Below, one piece after another: positions 37,801 to 49,800 of a DNA stretch of 64,000 bases. The number at the start of each line of letters is the position of its first letter. The first letter of the stretch is position 1. The stretch covers positions 12,834,001 to 12,898,000 of the forward strand of contig OZ249452.1 in the NCBI GenBank assembly GCA_965235115.1. The letters are read 5' to 3'. The stretch comes from Laetmonice hystrix. Lineage: Eukaryota. The notes below the pieces were generated by a model. The model had not been told where the DNA came from, did not search any database, and saw nothing but the letters and a program-made list of their open reading frames with translations. A program made the translations under genes and the position numbers.

Positions 37801-40800
37801 TGATGGGCCCCAGGTAAAAACAAGGAATCATAATTTTGTCTAGAAGTTGAGACCGCCCAAAGAGGCTGAGATCGGTTCAGAAATGCTCTACAGTTTCATA
37901 TTTTACTGACGCAAACCGTTTTTAGCATTTACTAAAGTACACAAGACTATATATCACATTTGAGTTACATGCCGAGTCATATACTGACAATTTACCTATG
38001 GGGTCACAGGGCGAACTTATACTGAATCTATAGGTCTCTGTACAACAGACCCCTTGGAAACGCACCTGTGGCATTGCATGGGGAAAGGTTAATAAAATAA
38101 CTATTCCGGTCTACCAGATGCCACCCCCACTGCCACCTGTACAACTGCCTCCATCCCAGACAGATCAGTCACAGGCTTTAGATAAGTCTATTTGAGTTCG
38201 CTGACATCAAGACGTTTTACTGTCCACAATAACAGTCGGGAGTCTGGGCATCCACCAACAAGGCCCGTAGCCAAGGGGGGGAGCATACAGCCCCTCCTCA
38301 AATTTGAGAGAAAAACCATTTTTCATCAATTTATATCTTTGTTTTCTCCATGGAAACATCTAGAATTCTGAAAGTATTTTTAGTTTTCCTCCTCCCCAGG
38401 GGGTGTGAAGCTCAGGCTGATGTTTCAAGGCCTGCCATCAGTTTGAATCATCCTAAAGGGCATTAGACGTATTACAGAGGCGAAGCAAACCGGGGAAAAA
38501 GGCTAGCCAATTCATACTCAGAGCAGTCGCCAAACACTACCTGGCTCGAAAGTGTACAACGGTTTCCAACCCCGGCAATTTATAACTAATACACATGTCA
38601 TATTTTACCAATTCCTTGAAATATTGTGTTGGAAAACACCCACACTCTTTTTCTGCTTTCCTACTAAACCATTAAATTCGATTTAATTCCTTAACCTACC
38701 CACCCCCCGAGGTGAATCAAACAATATCTCAAATACAACAGTGAGTAATTAGACTGACTGTTTAAGATTGCGTACAGGTGGCTTTATTCATCCAAACTTC
38801 TTTCTTGACTCTACATAACTCAATCATCTTATCTTCCTCTGCCCCTACATATTTTTTGGCCGCCGCAGATAAAATGTCATCAGTCGGTGGGGCCTGTTGG
38901 CCACCTCGCCAAAACTGAATGAAACTTCTTTCTGGGTCATATAACTAATGGTTTCTGGGTCATATAACTAATGGCGTGTTACTATTTTGTCAGAATATGT
39001 TAGTAAATGGTTATTACTAAATGGGCCTGTTGTTATTAAAAATTGGACACATCTGAGGGAGTTAAAAAATAGGCCTGTTGTTGTTTCAAATTGGGTACAT
39101 CCGGATCATTTTTTATTTCTGTGATTACAAAATGGACACATATTACAAAAGGGGTCGATTATTTCAGAATTAGCCCGAAAATAGCCTTCTCTTCCGGCTG
39201 ACTTGGGACCAAGAAACCTCATTCTGTTTTCATGTAGGACTGACTAAGCAAATGTGATTAATTTAACCCTTTCATCTGATAATGATAATGATAATATTTC
39301 AGTTGGGTGATATTTCCTCTGATTTCCATTAACTTTGATAACCAGCAGGCCCCATATTTCACCCCCTCCCACTCCGTTCACTGCTGACTCTGCACGTATT
39401 CCTCCTGTAGGCTCTCAGTATCACCTTACAAATCTCAAAAACCGGCTCCTACTCTCCCCGACATGCCAACAGAAATAAGTTCCATGTTTACTACTACGTC
39501 TCAGAAACCGACCCAGGCACACACAAACATTCATCTATTGTGCCAGCTGACATCGGCGACAGAACTTATTCCCCACCAAATGATTTTATGTTTTCCTTTT
39601 TTCTGTTTTCAATTTTACCAGGCCTAAGGAATTTTCTTTTCGTGCGTGAGGTCTTCAGATATTCACTATATATTTTGTGACATATTAAGGATCCATTTTT
39701 TAGTGCATTTATTGCGCCATTCCCCCTAATAATCAACACTTCTGCGTTTTCCTTTTTGTGCACCAAATTGGAAAATAACTTAACCTTCAGTGCTGAGTTC
39801 CTCTATCGATGACGCTCAGGCCTGAGAAATTTGATTCTAATACAGCACGGAATCAAATTATCAAAGGTCCAAAGACCCGATGAAGGGAAATCGACTCCCT
39901 TTGTTTCTGCTAGGATACACGGGTTCGTGTAAAGGGCCGTATCCACTAAGCCCGCCGGCGCCCTTATTTTGACACTATATGTAGGAGTTTGTGTAGGCCA
40001 TAGTAAACAAAAATCGGAAAATTATATATGTGCTCATAAATTAGGTTGCGTGTACTCATTGTAATGGGCCCAGCTACACCCATTCATTTTCGGAATGGGC
40101 TGACCGGCCGACCGGATAAGGCCCTTTAATCAAAGACTATCCTTGTCAGAGACAAATGTTCATGTTAGGAACAAATGTTGGTGTTAGATACAACTTATCC
40201 TGCCAAGTACCAATTTCACGTCCATGACCAGCTCTAACATATTCCATGAAATACACCAGCACCTGACACATACAGCGATATCTTATCAATCTGTCGACAT
40301 CACTCCCACCCACGCAGCCTCCCTACACCCCCTACCACCCCACACCTCTCAGGGCAGACCAGAGGGGTGCATACTCTCACCCTGAGCTCACGCCCCTGAC
40401 CCCATCACGTGTGGGGTACCTGTATTACCCCGTTAATCTCCGTGACAGACCGGCACACCCCGAGGAGGTGTTTTACACAGATTATCCCTTAGTTAGCGAT
40501 CATGTGTCCACGGCCGACACCCCTGAGGTCAAAGGGTCCCTGACCCCGAGTTTCGACCCCTGATCATTCCACCTCCAGTCACCACCTTATCTACACATAT
40601 TACCGATAATTCCCTGATATAATGAACAGAACACCAGGTCTAATACTGAGGATGATAAAGGGACGATAACTGAGTATTCCTACGGGAAATACGCAGCTAT
40701 ATCACAGTGAGGTCCATGAAGTTTTAGTTTTTCAAAATAAACTGGTCGCTTCTAAGAACGTTTTCCCGTTATTTTTACGGTTGAACTTTTTGGGGGTCCA

Positions 40801-43800
40801 TCTAAACCATGACACACACGAAAAGGCATATTTGTCAAATAAATATCATAACAGTTTTAATACCAAAGCAAACTTCTGACAGCACGCCTTCTCCAGAAAT
40901 GCTGACTCTGCTCCTTTCATGTTGATAACACTGTTTCGAGTTTTTGACGTCTTTGTACCTGTGGGCCACCGTACCTTCTCCCACAACCAGGCTCGGATTT
41001 GGTCCCGGGGGACTAATCACGGAGCATTGGGCAGAGGGCCCAGAATAGCGCGTACCTCTCCTGAACACGTGTAGGTCCATGCCGGGTTAACACCACCCAC
41101 CTGTTCACGGGACTTTCATGTCACAGTCATCACTCTAGGGAAGTCAACATCCTGAACACCCTGAACAGTTTATAAAATCACATGAGTCCATGCCACCGCA
41201 TTCTGCTGGATGCCAAGGTAACGCAGAGGATGGTGTCACATGTAGTAACTACGGTACCTCATAGGATACATTACAGGTTTTAGTGTGGCTGAGGCTTGGT
41301 GCAGGTTTGGAAACTGCACATCAAATTTTATATCATGATGTTTCCAGCCGACCGGGTGGTACACTACAAGAGGATACTCGGACCTTCAAGTGAGAAGCGT
41401 TATCAGTCTAAAACGACTTGCTTTGACCTTGAGGATCTTTGGGTCATGCCTCACTCAAGTTAATCACTGAAGTTCATCCTTTAAATATATTACCTTTCCA
41501 CTTTACTATCAGAAACTCCTGAGTTTGTTTTTTAAGCCAAACGAGGACATATTTCATATCCCGTGGCTCCAACAACTCTGCTGAAAACAAGCCATTAAAA
41601 CTGTCCTGGTGGTACACCATAAACACAAAGTGCGTTCTTTTATCACCATGGCAATGTCCATCGGAGCCAGTTGGCAAGGATTCATGTTAGGTGTCTGGCA
41701 AAACACAGAAAAAAATATAGAAAAAGTAGGAAGGTTAAGAAAACGTCGTATTGTTTGGAGATCATGCTTTGACTTGGTGAAGGTCCAACTCTGGGCCCTG
41801 CGCCATGGTCGTCGTATAGGTGGGTTTTATACGAGGGGGAGGACAAAACTCCTGTCTACATGACATGTTGCTATGACAACAGCGTCCCTCATCGTCTGGA
41901 AGACATAAAGAGCCACCAGCTTGCCAACGCCTTTTTTCTAATGTCTGCTTCTTTTGTTTTGTTTTGTTTTGTTTTGATCCAGGTAGTGTAGGAGGTATGG
42001 ATAATTTTTGTTTTGTTTTTATCTAGGAGGGTTGGATAGTTTTTGTTGTAATATTTTTATTTCAGGTTATCGCTAGATGTAATAGCACAGTCCAGTAGAG
42101 AAATGGCCGTTATAACACACAGCCATCCAGTACCACCGCCTGGTACAAGTACAGCACTACAAGAACAACACACAGTGCTCTATTTGTGCGTTGTTCTCTC
42201 TCACAGCCAGGCATGGAGGAATCGGCCTCAACCCTCCAGCTCTTACACAGGAGGAACTAATCCCTCTCGCAAAGTGGCAGAATCCTCCAGTATGTCCGGA
42301 TGATACCGCAGAGTGCTGCTAACAACGTCACCACTATGTCCGAGGTGGCCCGGCCGGTGCGTGTCGGTCACCCCGGGCCGCCGGGCCGGTTCCCCCCGGT
42401 CTGCCGGTCGGCGGGGCAGACTGCCTCCTACTACCGCTGCCATATAAGGGACACCCTCCTGGGACCGCCATTACTATCTATCCCCCCGGGTTTTTCACGC
42501 TGCTGTCGGGAGGGCGACTCTCCCGGCCGGGGTAGACACCCTCCGCCGGCCCGACCCGGCCTGGCTGCCCGGTCCGTGCGGCATCCCCTCCCCGTGCTCT
42601 ATTTCTAGAAGGGATCAAGTTAACCGACGGGCCTGGTGGTGCAGGGGGAGGCGTGCCATGATCCTCAGGTCGAGATAGACCATAGCTTCTCTCTCTCCCA
42701 ACCACCCACCACAAACACGAGCCAACAACACGGCACCGAACACTAAAATAACATACTGAGCCGACTCCAGCGCCACCTCGTGAGCCGTTTAGTCTTGGGT
42801 GGTTCCAATAAATTTATCATAATGCCAAGGGACTTGTTGATTCTACCTCCATTTGATTGAAGATCGGAGTCACCTGTCCCTCTGTGTTGCCATTAGGAAG
42901 CCAGGGATAACATTTCACTCTTGTACTTTGTACATAAACTTTGAAACTAGAGATACTTGGAACCAGTAAATGTTCCTCTCTGAAAGATATGAGTGTCGGA
43001 GGAACTTCATCTATATTTTTCTGAACAGATTAAGAATGTTCATCAGAAAAATTATTCACGGGATCATTCTGAGAAAAAGTCCTTTCTGTATAAATATATT
43101 TGTAATTGATTTATTCATTTGTCATCAGAAGACAGAAATACCAATTATTATCAACCTTCATGAAGTGATTTCTACAATTCCTTTTACCTAGATCTACCTG
43201 CCCAAATCACCATCTTCTTATCTTTTATAACTAGTCGTTGATCTGCAATGTGTGGATGGTCATGGAATGCTAGAATTCCTGTTATCACAGTTTATGTATA
43301 GCTCAGTATGTTCACACCACGGCTTCATCCGTCACTCAGTCGGAGAGGCCAAGAAAGGATCTCGTGCTGCCACCTAGTGGGTATGAAGATCATTACTCTT
43401 CATAACGCTCTGCTGGTATTTTTATCTGACCCGATAATCTGAACTACTTCTATTCACAGATTTTGTATCCAGAAATTATTTAGGGATGGGATTGAGAGCG
43501 TAACTCATCACCGGAGGTTTTACAGTCTAGTTCTCCCTCAATAACACCATCGGAATATAATATTATTTGGGGGGGGGAGCTCTCAAGGGTCTCCGATGCC
43601 CTTGCTGGAGATTCACCAACTTTTTTGCTGGAGATTGGGGTTCAATGCTGGAGATATAAGGACACTTAAAACACTCCCGCGAAATGCGCGAGACTTGGTG
43701 GGTGGGGGGGGGGGGGGGGGTTAGCCCCACTTGATTTGTTTCTGCTAACCACATGGCATCAGTAACTGATGACTAAGGACCTTTGAAGAAATTGGTGTCT

Positions 43801-46800
43801 CACGCCTTTAAATCTTCGACACGTCTCATCTTCAACCCTCGGCAATGTCCGTGGATTTCCGGCCTTCGGAAGGCATTCATTTGATTCATTTAATCGCCGC
43901 TTGGGGGCCAGTGTACTCAAGGCCTATAAACAGCAGAGGTTCTCGTGGCTACGTTTGTCTGAGGCTACAGAGCTGCCACCTGGTGTTTACAGACATAATC
44001 GGTTATTGGTTGTTTGAGGGACTGTCGGTATTATATCCTCTGACACAAACAGTCACTTCACTTCTGGTGCATGGGACTTTGCAATTGCATGCGCCTGTAA
44101 CCGGGTATAGGCGCATGCTCACCTATAGGCGCATACGCCTAAAAGTGCATCAATACTACTTGGCAAATATCTCAGTATTTCACAGCAAACACGGAACACA
44201 ATATCCACGAGATGAAAAAAAGTAGAATGGTGTCAGACAGTATGACTGAGACAAATTGTCCAAATGAGAAAACTGACAAACATTTTGACCACTGACCTGA
44301 TATTATCTGATATTTGGATAATTGGAAATATTGGCCAATTAAATTAGCAATAACAAGTCCTTCCTGCTTTAGTACCACTTTTACTATACTACTTACTTAA
44401 CAGGAATTTTATCCTATAAAAGCGTTCAAAACCCCACTTAAATACCCTGGACTTTTACTTACGTTTTGGTGATTTCCAATTACATTTTTATGAGAAACGT
44501 TGCCACAAAATGTCCCAAGAACTTCCTTCTATTAACCCTACGATTTAATTTAGAATATATCTCAGACTTTTACTTCAGACGTTTTTGTCCAGTTTCTCCA
44601 TTAGACCATTTATTACCGAACCATTCCGTCAGAGCACCATGACCCACACAATGTTGCTTACCTTTGACGACAAGTTCAGCCGAGCTGCTGACTGTCCCCG
44701 CGATGTTCTTCGCTTGACACTCATATTTCCCACCGTCCTCCTCGAATACTTCCGGTATCGTCAGTGTGACTCGCCCGTCCCGGAACGTAATCTCAAAGTC
44801 GGCACTTCCTGTGATCTCGTGTCCCGACTTGAACCACTTGATGGTTGGCTGTGGTTTTCCTGAGGGATAGGAATGAGATCCATAATGGCCTAATGAATCC
44901 AAATATAATATTAAAAACAGAAATTGCTACAGATGCAGTGATCACGAAACGAACCACTTCGAAAGGTTATAATTAAACCATCAGAGAAATGGTAACACTA
45001 ACAAAATATCATAAAATGATTGTAAATTTTTCCTTCAACTTACCGTCGTCCAGACCGCCTTGGAAGATCACCTTGGTGCCCTCCTGGGCTGTGATGTCTT
45101 TGATCGGCGCCACAAACTTAGGTGGAACAGGTAGTTCCACGTGGAGGTCCATCTGAGGGAACTTTGGCATCTGTAGTGGTTGTGGCGGCCCCGGTGGCTT
45201 CGGCGCTGGTGGTGGGGGCGGTGGTGGGGCCACGTATGGCTTCGGTTGTGGTGGCGGTTCTGGCTTCGGTGCCGGTGGTATATATGGCTTCGGTTGTGGT
45301 GGCGGTTCTGGCTTCATCACCGGTGCCGGTGGTGGTGGTGGTGGCACGTATGGCTTCGGTTGTGGTGGTGGTTCTGGCTTCATCACCGGTGGTGGTGGTG
45401 GTGGCACGTATGGCTTCGGTTGTGGTGGTGGTTGTGGCCTCATCACAGGTTGTGGTGGCGGTGGAGGTGGTGCCGCAGCGGCAACAGGTGCAACCATCAC
45501 CGGTGCGATAGGTTGCATCGGTGGTGGTGGTGGTGGTACGTAGACCGGTTGTGGCTTTGGTACAGGTACCACCATTGGTACAGGTTTCTGCACTGGACGC
45601 CCTCCCTGATACACCAAAGAACAAAGATGGTAAAGAATTAGCCTGTTTTTTTCTCTATCGGCTCCGTTCTCTTTACTTGCAAAGGCCTACCGCAACAGGA
45701 AGTTCAGCTGAAATATGTTATCTAAAGGCTAAAGGGCCTTATCCAGACATAAATAAGGTACCTAATATATGAGCACATACAAGAATATGTTTTTCTATTT
45801 TTGTTTACTATGGCTTACACAAACTCCTACATAGTGTCAAAATTATGGGGCCAGCCTGCTGGCCAGCTTAATGGATACGGCCCTTTAATACACATGTGTA
45901 TCAGAGGTCGAATGGACAATTTAAAATGTGCAAATTCATAAATATTATTATTTAGTTTACATGAAATTTTCATATCACCGTATCTATCATAAACATGAAA
46001 TATGCAATCACTAAAACAGTTTAGTTTTCCATACTCACACTAGGTGGCGACGGCGGCTTGGGTGGCGCTGCCGACTCGTCGACAACAACCAGAAGAGCTG
46101 CACAGGTCGCTTTGCCCGATTCGTTCTCAGCCGAGACAGAGAACCGTCCAGCGTCCTCATCAAACACCTCTGGGATGTAGAGACTGTAGTTGTCTCCAAA
46201 CTGTTGGATCTGGTAGTCTGGAGACACTACCGGCTCACCACCAAAGAACCAGCGTACCTGACAACAGGAGACAACATTCTTGCTTCAGTTATTTTCATCA
46301 GACGTTTACACCGCCTTACAGCTGATGTGTAACTTTGGCTGGTTCGAAATCTCGGCCATTGAGATTATCAAATAAAATTTCAAACTTCAAAAATCTAAGG
46401 GGGCGCCCCCCCCCCGATCTCCACTTGCAATGGTACCATTTCATAGAGCTACAGCCCTGGGATTTCCAGTTTTTTGTTGTTTTTTGTTTAAATCGAATCC
46501 CCAACATTACACTGTTATTGACACCTAGTACTTGCCCAGGAGGCACTGCCCCCCCCCCGATCAGTAATGTCCACCAGCCTGAACTCACCCTGGGTTTGGG
46601 GTTACCCGTGATGACAACCTCAAACTTGCACGAATCTCCAGCCTTCACTCTCATGTCACCAAACAACTTCTGGAACTCTGGGGGTCTGTGCCCCACGCCC
46701 ACAGTCGTCGTGGTTACTGTCTTCTGTAACATGTGAGAGGACTCCACGAGTCTGGTCTTCACGAAGTGGGACTCCATGGAAGGCTTGACAATCAGGGTCG

Positions 46801-49800
46801 CATAGCACTTAGCCTCGCCCACCGAGTTGACCGCCTTGCACATGTAGTTCCCCATGTCTTCCTTGAACACTTCAGGGATGGTGAGCGAGTGGAGCTCACG
46901 GTGTGAGACAATCTGATCAACAAACACAACAACATTCAAATTACTTCAATCTACAAGAAATCAAAAGGTCGCCCCATTTATGTACCTTATCGAGAGAATG
47001 TTGTTTTGGGGGGAAATTTGTGAGGCGCCGGGCTCCAACACAGTTGAATTTAAGTCAATAATAATTTGCCAGATGCAGAATAAAAAAGATTTGTTTAAGT
47101 TTTGTTATAAATTACGAACTAGGTAACTTTAGCTGTTGCACTAAATTAATCTGAAATATGTGAGGCATTTTGCTTTAACCTTCAAATCTGAATGTCAGAC
47201 GTCAAATTTGCCAAATAAAACTGAAATCAAGACGGGCCTACACCTTTCCTGTCCTGAAACAGAACTGAGAACTTCAGAAACCACAGATATTTTACCTGGA
47301 AGTCTGGCGAACTGATGATCTCCTGGTTCTCACGGAACCATTTGATCTCAGGTGTAGGGTGACCAATGACACGGCAGTCGAACCGAACCTTTTGACCCTC
47401 GGTCCCTTCCAGGTCTTTCAGTAGTTGTGTGAATTTGGGCGGTACGACCTCCGAGCTTGACCGATCCACCGACGCGTCACTCATTTCACTCAGCGCTACC
47501 AAAGAAAAGATAAAACCATTAGGATCTTCATACCTTACATCAAAACACCTTTTTCAGCATAAAATTGCTTTTTCCAAAACTAAAGTTCTAATATTTGTTT
47601 CTTTTTCCCCTTTTAAGTGCACGGTTATGCATACAGGACTTTGTACTCCATTACACATTTTTATAAAGCATTTTATTATTTTTCCAGGACTTCTCCAGTA
47701 GTCTGACTGATTTTCTAGGACTTTCCAGGACTGGAAAATGGATTTGTGATTTCCCAGGACTTTCCCGGAGTTTTCAGGAGTCTGCGAACCCTGACTAAAA
47801 TAAATCACTATTCCTAGTCACAGACCTAACACTAACCCCTTTATCAGTCAATATGGGACATGATTCATTGAGCACAATCTGATCCTGTCAGACCTGGGAA
47901 TGGTTGAGTGAGGTTTTTCATTAGAAGCCTTTGATAACATCTATAACTGGACGGATTTTTATTCCCCTAAGATCTGGTAATGGTTGACTCAGTTTTTTTT
48001 GCTGTTGAGAAATATAGATCCCAGTTGGTCAGTGAGATTTCACTCTTCAGGTCTTAGCCAAAGTTAACTTGACCTCGGACTCTCTGAATGAGAACTTTTC
48101 CCCCACAAAAATTGTCTGCAGATATTTTGAGAAACTATTAGAAATCAGAAATAAACGTTCCATTATGCAGGATTTAACGAAACAACAAAAGTTGACAAAT
48201 ATTTTTTTCAGAAACAAGGAACAAGAACTAATCTGAATTAAAGTCAAACTGAACTAGCCTTGAAATATAGTTACAACTAAAATCCATTCCTTGCGGTATG
48301 TAACTGGGAAGAGGCACAGAAGATGAACATTCCGAAACTTATTCAGAAATTAGTCATAAAAATAAATATTTGTTTAATTCCACAACATTAATGTCTACCT
48401 TATGTGACCCATAGAATTCATAGATTTAGGCTAAGGAAATTTAAATTTCGACACCCTCACCCTTTCACTGCAGGACACGAGATTGTAAAGCATTTGAATA
48501 CGGTATCTAACTCTTATTTATCTAGGATAAGTAGCCAAGACAGTGCTGCCCAACTTCGCCATTACTACAAGTTACCCCGGTAATCGACGTATATTAGGGT
48601 AAACCGTTGTAAGAATACATATTTCAATATCCATATACCCACTATTATCGCCTAATGTTCTGGCTATTGTCAAATTTAAAGAATGCTAGACTTTGGGAAG
48701 TAGAACATAATGGATGATCTTCACCATTAGTTTTCCTCTCTAATCTTCGATAACTGAGAAGGTAATTAAGTAACTGAAAGAGTGGAAACGTCAAAGGAAA
48801 CCTCACGACTTGATCAAAATATGATGGTCATTGCATCAAACAGAGCCAAACAGGGACCAGTAGGTAAAACTTAGGATTCTTGCTTAAGCTTAACGCTTCT
48901 GATTGGCTGGCCTGCTTAGACCAGCCAATCAGAAACCTTAAGCTTAAGCTTAAGCAAGATCTTAATTACGAAGTGGGCCCTGGTCACATAACAATCAAAA
49001 GCATCAGGTGAAGTCACATGACCGAAATCTAGTAATGACGTGACCTCATTCCCCTGGTCAGAGGTCAAATTGTCAACTTCCGGTTAGAGATTGGGGAGTA
49101 CAGGGAGAAGGTCACTCAATGACCTTAGGTCTTACCCCGCCAAAATTTACTGGCTATCACCTTGGCCCTGGACAACAAGCTGGTGATGAGTTGTTGTCCA
49201 TCAGAGCTCTCCGAGTCAGACTCAGACTCAGTGGCAACTATAATGGTCAGATAAAAATCAGCACCATGTCTGTTTCAGCAAATCTAATTCTCATCAGAAA
49301 TAAACCCAGACGCCGAAGGTATAACTGAACGGACATGTGTTCTGATATTCGCATCCCCTTCTTGTCCTTTACGTCAAATTGAAAAAAGGATTTTTGCATC
49401 AGTCCTGGGAATGAAATTCAGTCTCTTTCTTTGTTTTTTGTTCAAGAGATTTTGTGAACTGTCAATGCTGAAGACTTTTCAAAGCTTCTAAAATCTTACG
49501 TGGACATATTGGTCCCAGGGTTGTTTTTTTCAGTCTAGGGGCCATGCTGGCAGTTGCTCAGTCCACAAACCATTCCAGACCCAGGTCTGATAATTAATTA
49601 AAGTTAATACATAGTTACACAAAGTCTAACTTACGTTCTACCATGAGGCGACAGGTGCTCTCCGCCTGGCCGTACGGGTTACGGGCCATACATCTGTACT
49701 CTCCGCTATCCTCAAGGTAAACTTCACGGATAATTAACGAACATCGGTCTCCTTCAAATAGTAACTGGAAGTCTTTGGATTCTTTTACTGGTTTATCGTT

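Noticed and set aside
45118-45641. W/R-rich, V-rich and T-rich ORFs in alternative frames
   Set aside because: By-products of the GGT/CCA-rich polyproline coding repeat.
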